A stretch of 48,093 bases of DNA, from sequence record SRR20825019_241, one strand, 5' to 3'. The notes under the pieces were generated by a model. That model was given only the letters and a program-made list of their open reading frames with translations. It made no database searches and was not told the DNA's origin. Positions 19,567-28,783 of the stretch are shown here, piece after piece (position 1 is the stretch's first letter; each line of letters begins with the position of its first letter). The translations under genes were made by a program, and so were the position numbers.

Positions 19567-20813
19567 TAAGCGTTTGTTTTGAGGAGAATATCTTTCGCCA
19601 TGAGCATAGGCACGCTCATATATTTCTTCTCCATGTATCCGATCACACGTTCCAACACTTCTCGAGATTGGTCATCAAGTAAGCTGATGTCATTCTTGAA
19701 AACTTCATTCAGTGCAGCGTGCTTAATTTGTTTTACTTTATTGGGCACTTCACGCATCGCAATTTCTATGGAGCGTTCTTTGTAAATACTCAAAAAGGTC
19801 ACTAGCGCCTCGTGCAAAATGATTTCAACACTTTCAACTTCTTTCGAACGTTCTTTCAAGTTCGCATTCGAAATTTTCTGGAGCACTTCTACAGAAATGT
19901 GATGCACGTTGTGATTGGCAACAATTTCTGGGGACAAATCCTGCGGAATAGCAATGTCGATCACTACTTTTCGGTCAGTGTCGCCCTGAAGCAGTTGTGT
20001 ATATATTTCAGGTGTAAGAATATGACTTTCAGAACCTGTACATGTAATAATTATGTCGAAACCGTTTGAATAATCTTTCAGTGCAGATAACGAATGTGCT
20101 TTACCATTTACATCTTTCGCTAGCGATTCTGCCTTTGAAACAGTTCGGTTAAAGACATTAAAATTGGTGAATCCGTGCTTGCGCAAAAAGCGACTCATAT
20201 TGGTGTTTGTAACTCCAGCTCCAATAATCAATACACGGGAGTCGAGAGGAACATTCAAATCTCTTAATCGATGATACGCCAATGAAACGACCGAAACGGG
20301 TCTGCGAGCAATGTTTGTTTCTGTATAAACTTTCTTTGCGGTTTCAATTGTATGCCGCATCAAGATTCGGATCAGATCTCCAGTCAGGCCCATTGCACGA
20401 CAATTGTCGAAAGATGTGCGGACTTGAGTAATAATTTCTCTTTCTCCAACTATCATCGATTCTACTGAGGAAGCTACACGAAGCGCGTGTTCAACGGCGT
20501 TGGCTCCAGTGTACAATTCTGCTGAACTCGAAAGTAACGTGAGTTTTTCTTCGTCAAGTTGAGGATAAAGCTGAGAGAGAAAGAAATGAATAAATGATTC
20601 ATTCACAGGCTGTGTACAACAAAGTGTAAACTCAATACGATTACACGTTGATAAAAACATTAGCTCATTTAAGTGAAGCGCGTCACGTACATTCGAAAGA
20701 CGTTCTTTTTGATTGTCTGGTTCAATATGTGCAAGACCAATTTCACCAACCGCTAAATTGCGATGAGTTAATGCGATGATATGTAAGGTGTTAATACCGT
20801 TGCTCTGAATCAC
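19566..20813 (-). CDS. hemA: Glutamyl-tRNA reductase
   Basis: LSTCNRIE, SMIVGEREI, VSVVSLA, IGAG, NRT and DIAIPQD. Confidence 0.95.
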   Translation of the reverse strand: MIQSNGINTLHIIALTHRNLAVGEIGLAHIEPDNQKERLSNVRDALHLNELMFLSTCNRIEFTLCCTQPVNESFIHFFLSQLYPQLDEEKLTLLSSSAELYTGANAVEHALRVASSVESMIVGEREIITQVRTSFDNCRAMGLTGDLIRILMRHTIETAKKVYTETNIARRPVSVVSLAYHRLRDLNVPLDSRVLIIGAGVTNTNMSRFLRKHGFTNFNVFNRTVSKAESLAKDVNGKAHSLSALKDYSNGFDIIITCTGSESHILTPEIYTQLLQGDTDRKVVIDIAIPQDLSPEIVANHNVHHISVEVLQKISNANLKERSKEVESVEIILHEALVTFLSIYKERSIEIAMREVPNKVKQIKHAALNEVFKNDISLLDDQSREVLERVIGYMEKKYMSVPMLMAKDILLKTNA

Positions 20814-20870
20814 GACACAAATATGCTCAGAACGTAGATTTTTATTGTCATTTTATTGTCATATCTAGCG

Positions 20871-20891
20871 TATTTAGAAGGGTTCTAAATA
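20871..20891. promoter_or_regulatory. 9-3-9 palindrome resembling the Flavobacteriales Fur box
   Basis: Perfect inverted repeat TATTTAGAA-GGG-TTCTAAATA in the hemA/RDD divergent region. Confidence 0.6.
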
Positions 20892-20975
20892 ACTTTGGAA
20901 ATCAATCATAGCAGGGATTTTGGCCGCTCTTGATTATTTCAGTTTATTGGGTATCTTTAACCGACGACAAGCACT

Positions 20976-21749
20976 ATGAAGTCCATTGAATTTGAATCAG
21001 CACAGAATGTAAAGGTCGAGTACGAACTCGCCTCCGTTTTTCAGCGCGCAGCAGCTGCCTTAATTGATTTGGTGGCATTTATAGTCTACTATTTTTTATT
21101 CAGTTTGGTCGTAAGCGGAAGCCAAGACTTCTTCTATCCATCGGGAACAACTCTTCTTATTCAACTTTTACTCGTAAAACTTCCATGGATTTTTTACAAT
21201 CCAGTGATCGAATACCTAACTCACGGACAAAGTTTAGGAAAGTATATTTTAGGAATTCGGGTGGTAACAATGGAAGGCGAAAGGCCAGGTCTACGAGAAG
21301 TATTCACCAGATGGATTTTTAAAGGAGATTTTTTGTGGATTAGTGCTTCGCCACTTTACGCACTATTTTGGATTGTTATTGGTCTGCTCGGAATGGTTTA
21401 TTCTGGCACTTCAGATCGAAGACAACGAATGGGAGATGTAATGGCGAATACGATCATTATCAAAACAAAATCATCGATCCGTTACACATTGAGGGACGTC
21501 CTTTCGATAAAAAATCAAGACAATTACGCACCTGTTTATGTGGACGCTATTCGCTTCACAGATGAGGACATGCTACTGATTAAAAACACAATTCAGCGTG
21601 TGCGTTTGCATCCCAATCCAGAAACAAAAAAGTTTGCAATTGAACTGGCAGATGAGTCGGCAAGATTGCTCGGTCTCCCCGAAACTCCAGAAAAAAGATT
21701 ACAGTTTTTGCAGACACTCTTGCAAGACTATGTAGTTTTGACGCGTTAA
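20976..21749 (+). CDS. RDD family membrane protein
   Basis: ASVFQRAAAALID, GQSLGKYILGIRVV and QRMGDVMANT. Confidence 0.9.
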   Translation: MKSIEFESAQNVKVEYELASVFQRAAAALIDLVAFIVYYFLFSLVVSGSQDFFYPSGTTLLIQLLLVKLPWIFYNPVIEYLTHGQSLGKYILGIRVVTMEGERPGLREVFTRWIFKGDFLWISASPLYALFWIVIGLLGMVYSGTSDRRQRMGDVMANTIIIKTKSSIRYTLRDVLSIKNQDNYAPVYVDAIRFTDEDMLLIKNTIQRVRLHPNPETKKFAIELADESARLLGLPETPEKRLQFLQTLLQDYVVLTR

Positions 21750-21758
21750 ATCGAATTT

Positions 21759-22430
21759 ATGGCAAAACTCATTTTGGTACCAACGCCCATCGGCAATTTG
21801 GAAGATATTACGCTTCGTTCTATTCGTGTTTTGAAAGAAACGGAGTTGATTTTTGCTGAAGATACGAGAGTCACAAAAAAGCTCCTAAATCATTTGGAAA
21901 TTCAAAAAATGGTGCTTCCATTTCATGCACACAACGAACATAAAGCATTGAATGGCGCATTGGATAGAATCAAATCTTCTCTAACGGCTGTGCTCGTTTC
22001 TGACGCTGGAACTCCGGGCATTTCTGACCCTGGATTTTTGCTTGTTAGAGCATGTTTGGAAGAAGGAATTGAAGTAGAATGTTTACCTGGACCAACGGCG
22101 ATGATTCCTGCATTAGTGGCGAGTGGTTTTCCAACGGATCGGTTTGTGTTTGAAGGATTTTTACCTCATAAAAAAGGGAGACAAACCAAATTGAAACTAA
22201 TCGCAGAAGAGGCTAGAACAACTATTTTGTATGAATCTCCTCATAGATTGGTCAAGTGCCTTGGTCAAATAGAAGAATTCATGGGGGCCGATCGTCAGGT
22301 ATGCGTTGCACGTGAGATTACCAAAATGTTTGAGGAATACAAACGCGGAACGGCGGCAGAAATAAAGAAATATTACGAAGATCATCCTCCGAAAGGGGAA
22401 ATCGTGATCATCATTGAAGGGAAGAAATAA
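21759..22430 (+). CDS. rsmI: 16S rRNA (cytidine1402-2'-O)-methyltransferase
   Basis: VPTPIGNLEDIT, AEDTR, SDAGTPGISDPG, YESPHR, REITKMFEE and KGEIV. Confidence 0.96.
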   Translation: MAKLILVPTPIGNLEDITLRSIRVLKETELIFAEDTRVTKKLLNHLEIQKMVLPFHAHNEHKALNGALDRIKSSLTAVLVSDAGTPGISDPGFLLVRACLEEGIEVECLPGPTAMIPALVASGFPTDRFVFEGFLPHKKGRQTKLKLIAEEARTTILYESPHRLVKCLGQIEEFMGADRQVCVAREITKMFEEYKRGTAAEIKKYYEDHPPKGEIVIIIEGKK

Positions 22431-23456
22431 ATGGAAAGTCAAGCATTTTTTTTGTGTAAAACGGGTGCCGCTGCGGACGCGTTTGAATTGAGAGATTTTG
22501 AGCTGCCAGATCCAACTGGAAATGCTGTAATGATTGAATCTGAGGCGTTCGGGTTGAATTACGCGGATGTCATGGCACGAAGAGGATTGTACCGCGAAGC
22601 TCCACCGTTTCCATGTGTTGTTGGATACGAATTGGTGGGTAAAGTGATAAAGTGCGGTCCGGATGCTGATCATTCGCTGATCGGAAAGAGGGTGGTGGCT
22701 TTTTGCCGCTTTGGAGGCTACGCCAAGCATGTTCTTACGGACGATTACGCAACCGTTCCTGTCGGAAATGAAGATGCGTCTGAATTATTGGCTTTGTGCA
22801 CACAGGCGGTAACGGCGTATTACATGTCTGAGTATTTAACACCAATTCATTCATCTGATACAGTATTGATTCATGCTGCTGCTGGCGGTGTGGGTTCTAT
22901 TCTAATTCAATTAGCAAAGTTGAAAGGAGCGCGGGTGATCGCGAAAGTTGGAAGAACTGAAAAAGAAGCATTTGTAACAGCACTCGGAGCCGATTTTGTA
23001 GTGAATTATCGAAAAGGAGATTATGCGGAGCAAATTCAAACTTATTTAAAAGAGGAACGATTGGATATCAGCTACAACCCTGTTGCTGGGTCGACCTATA
23101 GAAAAGACATGGCGTTGCTGGGTTCTGGAGGTAGAATGATTTTATTTGGCGGGTCGGAATTGGCTCAAGGCAAATGGGGAATTTTTTCGAAACTGAACTT
23201 TGTACGGAAAATGGGACTTTTATTACCCATCGGACTCATGATGCGGTCTAAAAATGTGCTCGGTGTAAACATGCTTAAGTTGGCAGACAACAAACCGATT
23301 GTCCTAGAAAGCTGTCTAAAAGCAGTGGTTCAATTGTTCGAAGAAGGGAAAATTAAACCTCAAGTGGGAGGAACGTATCCTGCTGAGCAGTTGGCTGAAG
23401 CGCATGCTGCTCTAGAAAGTGGAAACACAACGGGGAAACTAGCCGTTACATGGTAA
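22431..23456 (+). CDS. MDR-family NAD(P)H quinone oxidoreductase (VAT-1-like)
   Basis: GLNYADVMARRGLY, GYELVG, IHAAAGGVG and C-terminal TGKLAV. Confidence 0.85.
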   Translation: MESQAFFLCKTGAAADAFELRDFELPDPTGNAVMIESEAFGLNYADVMARRGLYREAPPFPCVVGYELVGKVIKCGPDADHSLIGKRVVAFCRFGGYAKHVLTDDYATVPVGNEDASELLALCTQAVTAYYMSEYLTPIHSSDTVLIHAAAGGVGSILIQLAKLKGARVIAKVGRTEKEAFVTALGADFVVNYRKGDYAEQIQTYLKEERLDISYNPVAGSTYRKDMALLGSGGRMILFGGSELAQGKWGIFSKLNFVRKMGLLLPIGLMMRSKNVLGVNMLKLADNKPIVLESCLKAVVQLFEEGKIKPQVGGTYPAEQLAEAHAALESGNTTGKLAVTW

Positions 23457-23474
23457 ATGGGTAAAACTTGATAA

Positions 23475-23819
23475 ATGATCAGTAAGAAGTTAAAATGGTT
23501 CTTATTGGCTGAAACAAAGGCTGAACTCGATGCTTTTTTTGAGTACCGAAATACAGTGATTCATAAAATGATGTTCGGTGAAGTCCTATTGGTGAAAGAA
23601 AACAATAATTTTTCCGCCTTCGAGAATCAATGTCCGCATCAAGGAAAACCGTTAACAGATTGCTCAATTGCTGAGGGACACGTAGTTTGCCCTTTCCATC
23701 AATATCATTTCTCCATTGAAAATGGTCAAGGTCACGGCTTATACTTGGAAAAGTATCCAATCGAAGTACGCGAAGACGAAACTGTTTGGATTGGAAAGGA
23801 AAAATGGCAACTATTTTAA
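23475..23819 (+). CDS. Rieske [2Fe-2S] ferredoxin
   Basis: CPHQG...CPFH ligand motifs. Confidence 0.9.
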   Translation: MISKKLKWFLLAETKAELDAFFEYRNTVIHKMMFGEVLLVKENNNFSAFENQCPHQGKPLTDCSIAEGHVVCPFHQYHFSIENGQGHGLYLEKYPIEVREDETVWIGKEKWQLF

Positions 23820-23855
23820 ACACTTCTTCAAGGCTAAAACAGAAACCTCTTTATA

Positions 23856-24395
23856 TCACGGAGGATAAGGTCCTGTATACTCTAAACACGGATTTGCTCC
23901 AGTAAAACAACGTTTTAATTCTGTAAATAAAGGGCTGCAATCGCTTGTTTCAACATTAAAACTGAAGTCTATGCTGTTCTTCCAATTTTCAAAGCAAGTA
24001 GATGGAGAGTTTGTATAGTTTTCACCTTTAATACTTTTCATCTCGATGAATTTATCCAATGGGAGTAATTTACTCGACTGAATAATAGAGTAATCTCCAG
24101 CTGGAAGAGAGACCGTAAATTTACCTTCTTCATCAGTGGTGATTTTGGTCATTTCTTTCGCAGTATTCGGGCGCTCACCTGAATAAATGTAGAAATCAGC
24201 ATTTTTCACGGGTTCCATGAATCCGTTTTCCATTTCAGGCGTCGGGCGCGCACCTCCACAATAAGGGTTGTGCGTTTGAATCGTACCATTTACCTTAAAT
24301 GTGTTCTTTCCAGATGTCTCTTTGCCTGAATTAGCTGTTGTCCCACATGCGCCCGTCATAAGCAACGCCGAAAAGAATAGATATTTAAAAGCCAT
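23856..24395 (-). CDS. Hypothetical Cys-rich lipoprotein
   Basis: Lipobox MTGAC, YCGGARP, a TTDEEGKF..SLPAGDY beta-sandwich-like segment, and a C-terminal CFTGANPC. Confidence 0.7.
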   Translation of the reverse strand: MAFKYLFFSALLMTGACGTTANSGKETSGKNTFKVNGTIQTHNPYCGGARPTPEMENGFMEPVKNADFYIYSGERPNTAKEMTKITTDEEGKFTVSLPAGDYSIIQSSKLLPLDKFIEMKSIKGENYTNSPSTCFENWKNSIDFSFNVETSDCSPLFTELKRCFTGANPCLEYTGPYPP

Positions 24396-25683
24396 CGAAA
24401 TCTTGTTTTTCTGTGTTTTCCTCTATACGATGTTGCATTTCCTCGTCTGCCCCAGACTTCAAGATAGGAAGTTTTACGAACAATACGTCTTTTACTTTTT
24501 CTCCACGGTACGAAATCAAACCAATCATCATAACAATACTTGTAATCAGAATAGGATAAAGCAGCAATCCAGCGTCGAAATCTGCAATGTTCAACGAGCT
24601 TTTCGCGAGAACGAAGAAAAGTAGAACCGTGATCAATCCTCTTGGAGCAATTAACAATTCTGGGAACATAAACTCCTTTGCGAAAAGACGAAGCGCAATA
24701 AAACGAACGAGGTAAAGTATAGAAACTATTGCCAAACTGTTTACAGCGACTTCCCAATTATACAAGGAACTGATCGTAATGCTTAATCCAAAGACAACAA
24801 AGAAGAACGTTCGAATCAAGAATGCAGATTCCAATGTCAGCGTATGGAAATCATGCAAAATGGGTTTGACTTTTTCGCGATCGAAGAGTTTTGCCATTCG
24901 CCCTGGGAAAAATACATCTGTATTGTTTAAAACGATTCCGAATGTGAGAATAATCAATAGAGAAGAAAGGTGGAAGTACTTTCCAACGGCAAAGAGCAAG
25001 AGGAGTACACCAATTACCAAGAACAGTTTTACTTGCATTCGAAGGTGCTGAAAAAGATAAACCAACGCATACGAAACGATCACAGAAATCAGTATCGTCA
25101 CGAAAATATTTAGAACGATCTCCAGAACCAGTGATCCACCACCTGCGCCGCCTTCTGCGCCAATCATAAAGTAGAAAACCATAATCCCAAGGATGTCGGA
25201 AAAGGTGCTTTCGTAAACCATAAATTCACGCTTTTTTCCTGTCAATCTGCCAACACTTGGAATAATAATGGCACTACTCATAATACTTAACGGGATGGAA
25301 TAAACCACCGCTGTGTAAACATCTGTACTAGGGAAAATGTACAAAAAGAATAAGGTGAGGCCTAACATTGAACCAGCAATCCCGAGAACGGCGACTAGCA
25401 GGGATTTTAAAATTAAACTGGTTTTCTCTCTTTCTAACTTTAGATCCAGAGCGGCTTCGAGAACAATCATTACCAGACCGACATTTCCAAGTACTTCTAG
25501 CGTTGTATCGAGTTTGATGTCTTTGTTCAAAATATTATGCGCGTCCATATATGCCTTAATGCCCATACCTAGTGCGATGAGCATAAGCACGGATGGAATA
25601 TTGGTCTTCTTCGCAAGAATATTGAAGAAGAAACTAAGAATAATTACGCTCGCCAGAGCGATGATTAATAAATATGGATTCAT
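24385..25683 (-). CDS. Cation:proton antiporter (CPA1/NhaP-like)
   Basis: About 12 TM helices, with LEAALDL, YESTFSDILG, TFFF and APRGLIT. Confidence 0.85.
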   Translation of the reverse strand: MNPYLLIIALASVIILSFFFNILAKKTNIPSVLMLIALGMGIKAYMDAHNILNKDIKLDTTLEVLGNVGLVMIVLEAALDLKLEREKTSLILKSLLVAVLGIAGSMLGLTLFFLYIFPSTDVYTAVVYSIPLSIMSSAIIIPSVGRLTGKKREFMVYESTFSDILGIMVFYFMIGAEGGAGGGSLVLEIVLNIFVTILISVIVSYALVYLFQHLRMQVKLFLVIGVLLLLFAVGKYFHLSSLLIILTFGIVLNNTDVFFPGRMAKLFDREKVKPILHDFHTLTLESAFLIRTFFFVVFGLSITISSLYNWEVAVNSLAIVSILYLVRFIALRLFAKEFMFPELLIAPRGLITVLLFFVLAKSSLNIADFDAGLLLYPILITSIVMMIGLISYRGEKVKDVLFVKLPILKSGADEEMQHRIEENTEKQDFDGF

Positions 25684-25781
25684 GCAAATTGGAAATTAGT
25701 GCGCATTTGTTAAACCAAATATAAGAAAACAGAACAATTCTCGCGGTTTGAAGTGGACGATAATCGCTTAAAATGAGGGAT

Positions 25782-25817
25782 AAAGAAAAGTGCAACCTGA
25801 AAAATCAGATTGCACTT
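25782..25817 (-). terminator. Intrinsic terminator after S1 protease 2
   Basis: On the minus strand: AAGTGCAATCTGA-TTTT-TCAGGTTGCACTT followed by TTCTTT. Confidence 0.7.
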
Positions 25818-25852
25818 GTATTTTTTAAGAAGCCCAATCGAGCTCTTTGAGA

Positions 25853-28717
25853 TTACTTTTTAATAATTGCTTTCATTGTTTGAGATTCTATCGTGGAGAT
25901 TCTCAAGAAGTATGTACCATTGGATGTTGATGAAAGATCCACCGTGAACGCTTTTTCCGAACGTAGAGATGAATAAATCACACGGCCTGCGATGTCTAAA
26001 ACAGTCACTGTAAGTTCCGTTGATGTGTTATTTGCCATTTCTATGTAAAACACTCCTTCACTTGGGTTTGGATACAGTGAGAATGAAGATAAATCAAGCT
26101 CCTCGACACTCACTTGTGATCCAACAACGACATTAGAAAGTGTTGCTTGACAACCACTTGCGTCTGTTGCAACAAGGTTATAAGTCCCCGGAGCTAGTCC
26201 TGAGATGTCTTGTGTAGTTGCTGTGAAACCATTTGGTCCAGTCCATGAATACGTTATTGTACCATTTCCTCCAGTTAGACCAGCGTTTATTGCACCATCA
26301 TTTCCTGTCATTTCATCTGTGATGCTTCCTACGGATAAAACAAATGGTGCAGGGCCATTAACTGTTACTGAAATGATAGATGCACATGCGTCTCCATCAA
26401 CGATTGTGATGTTATAATTTCCAGCGGTTAGGTTCGAAAAACTTCCAGCAGGTTGTGCTCCATTCCCTATGTCGAATGTTGCGCCAGATGAGTTTCCTGA
26501 AGCAAAAGTCACAAGGATTGAACCATCGTTCCCATTGAAGCAAGTCACATTTGCACTCGAAGTAGTGAATGTTGAATTACAGGGTGAACTAATACAGAAA
26601 TTATTGATGTCAGAATTTCCGAAAGCAGGATCTGCTAGAGTTGCTAATACATTCGAAGCGCCATCTACCAGAGTATAACTTCCAGTAACGGCACAACTAC
26701 CATCGCTCATTCCATCACCATAATCATCGTAAAGAACAAAATCATAGCAGCCAGGTGCTAAACAGAAAGTTTGAGTAATTGTAGTTTGGTTCGCATAAGC
26801 ACCCGGATCTCCTGCTCCTGCATTTCCTAATCCACCTGGAGGAATTCCAGATGTATTTCCTCCTGACATTACAACGGACATTCCTGAATTGACAATTTCC
26901 CAGTAGGTTTCATATCCCCAACAATCTGTACTGAGCGTCAATGTAACAGCTTGCCCACCAATTGTAGCTGAGAAGTTAGATGTTGCCGCATCGTTCGTTG
27001 GATTTGAATCAGTAGTTCCATTTGGCAACGTTGTAGAAGCATTAAATGTATGCGGTCCTGCAGATACCGTTACTCCTGGCAATGTAATATTTGTTGATCC
27101 ACCAACTGCCAAGTTTCCAGTCCAATTGAAGGTGTTATTTGTTCCTCCGTCCACATCATAGTTAATAGTGATTGAGGTAATTGCATTCGAACCATAGTTT
27201 CTTAATGTCACTTCTGGTGTGATCGTGTTTGTACAAAGGTTTCCTGTTGGGTTAACAATTGCTTGAATTCCACCATCGTCTGCCACAGTTGGTTGATTGG
27301 GATCCCATCCGTCGTTTGTTACCGCAGTTCCACACGCAGCAGGAGCGAGATAGTTTCCAATTCCTAGTCCCCAAGAAACACCAAGACGACCGTAGTAATC
27401 AAACTGTCCGTTGTTTGAAGTTCCAGAACAAGCGGCAGCTCCACCGTATAATTGTCCAATAATTCGTCCATTTTGATCAAAAAGTGGAGATCCAGAAGAA
27501 CCAGGCTCAGTTACACCATCAGACCAAGTACCCAAGTACCAAACTGCGGCCGAAGGACTTCCTGCATTTTGCTGAGTAATGTTGTTTCCATTATCGTTTG
27601 CACGACAAATCTTTTTAATATCTCCAGAAGGGTGGTGAATTCCAGTTACCTGAGTTACGGCTGCTTGAGTATCGTTATTGTTCCATCCAGCGTAGAATAA
27701 TCCCCATGTTTGGGCTGTAGCCGGAGTAAGGTTATTAAGAAGTAAAAGAGCATGATCCGCTTGAGTTCCACTAACCAATATGGTTGCTCCGTTTACTGTA
27801 GTTTGATTGTAATTCGCAGCATTATTGTAACTCGTAGGAGTATTTGCTGTAGTGGCGCACGATAAACTTCCTGGATCGCTTTCGGGAACATCCCAATTAA
27901 AGCGGAACAGCCAGTTTCCAGTTCCACCTCCAAGGCAGTGATTTGCAGTTAAAAAGTATGGAGTACCGTCGTCGCACGTGTTATTCATCAGAGCGCCAGT
28001 ACAAATCCCGCTTCCGCTAACAACAATCATTGCAACGGATCTTATTTGATCATCCCACGCGCTAATTCCTCCAACATAAGGATCAAGTGGACAACGAGCA
28101 TCAATATTGCAATTTCCTGAGCTATTCAGGGCTTTTGCCAGGCTTTGCTGAACGATATTCAAACTGCGATATCCGTGAACAACATTTGAGATCGTAAAAT
28201 GACCTTGACCAGAAACTGAACTTGGCTCAAAGTATTCCACAATAATATGATCACCATGAACGAGGTCTGTACCTAGCTCATTTGAAACGTGATTGTTCAA
28301 CGAAGTGTAAGAACCAATTCGCGCAGTTTTGTCATGATTGTACAAGTCCAAACGTGCACCTGTTGGAAGAAATACATTTTCCAACAATAGGTTCATAGTA
28401 AGTGCTCCATTGGAGATTATTTCTGTTCGCCATACGCGATTTCCATTTGGCAAGTTTGCCCAAGTTCCACCATTTTCTAGAGAAATAGAAACGGGAAATT
28501 TGTATCCAAATCGCCAAGGAACGGATTTGTCTTGATCGTTAACGGCGTCTTCGGCCGCAACAATTGACAAGTCGAAGTTTGGCATCTCGTGCCTTTGTAT
28601 ATGCTGGTTGCTGATTTTGTCTCTCCAACTGATAGGGTCTCCTAAATTGGATACCTGAGACAGGCTTGTAGTAGAAATTAGAGCAAAAGCCCCAATTGCT
28701 AGGATTGTAGTTTTCAT
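25853..28717 (-). CDS. Lysyl endopeptidase-like S1 serine protease with Ig/CARDB-like and SprB-like repeats and T9SS CTD
   Basis: TANHC (His), ADHAL (Asp), HHPSGD and VTEPGSSGSP (Ser). YSWTGPNGF and CFNGNDGSI repeats. LYPNP CTD. Confidence 0.9.
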   Translation of the reverse strand: MKTTILAIGAFALISTTSLSQVSNLGDPISWRDKISNQHIQRHEMPNFDLSIVAAEDAVNDQDKSVPWRFGYKFPVSISLENGGTWANLPNGNRVWRTEIISNGALTMNLLLENVFLPTGARLDLYNHDKTARIGSYTSLNNHVSNELGTDLVHGDHIIVEYFEPSSVSGQGHFTISNVVHGYRSLNIVQQSLAKALNSSGNCNIDARCPLDPYVGGISAWDDQIRSVAMIVVSGSGICTGALMNNTCDDGTPYFLTANHCLGGGTGNWLFRFNWDVPESDPGSLSCATTANTPTSYNNAANYNQTTVNGATILVSGTQADHALLLLNNLTPATAQTWGLFYAGWNNNDTQAAVTQVTGIHHPSGDIKKICRANDNGNNITQQNAGSPSAAVWYLGTWSDGVTEPGSSGSPLFDQNGRIIGQLYGGAAACSGTSNNGQFDYYGRLGVSWGLGIGNYLAPAACGTAVTNDGWDPNQPTVADDGGIQAIVNPTGNLCTNTITPEVTLRNYGSNAITSITINYDVDGGTNNTFNWTGNLAVGGSTNITLPGVTVSAGPHTFNASTTLPNGTTDSNPTNDAATSNFSATIGGQAVTLTLSTDCWGYETYWEIVNSGMSVVMSGGNTSGIPPGGLGNAGAGDPGAYANQTTITQTFCLAPGCYDFVLYDDYGDGMSDGSCAVTGSYTLVDGASNVLATLADPAFGNSDINNFCISSPCNSTFTTSSANVTCFNGNDGSILVTFASGNSSGATFDIGNGAQPAGSFSNLTAGNYNITIVDGDACASIISVTVNGPAPFVLSVGSITDEMTGNDGAINAGLTGGNGTITYSWTGPNGFTATTQDISGLAPGTYNLVATDASGCQATLSNVVVGSQVSVEELDLSSFSLYPNPSEGVFYIEMANNTSTELTVTVLDIAGRVIYSSLRSEKAFTVDLSSTSNGTYFLRISTIESQTMKAIIKK

Positions 28718-28732
28718 ATTATTGGTTTAGTG

Positions 28733-28768
28733 AAAAAAAAAGTTCTGCCCTCGTTTGAAGGCAGAACT
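28733..28768 (-). terminator. Intrinsic terminator between the two S1 protease genes
   Basis: On the minus strand: AGTTCTGCC...GGCAGAACT followed by T8. Confidence 0.8.
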
Positions 28769-28783
28769 GTAATTTTAGCTGTA

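Noticed and set aside
22197-22730. 177-aa minus-strand ORF and similar antisense ORFs elsewhere (for example 834-1280, 45706-46104)
   Set aside because: Shadow frames of well-supported genes, with no motifs of their own.
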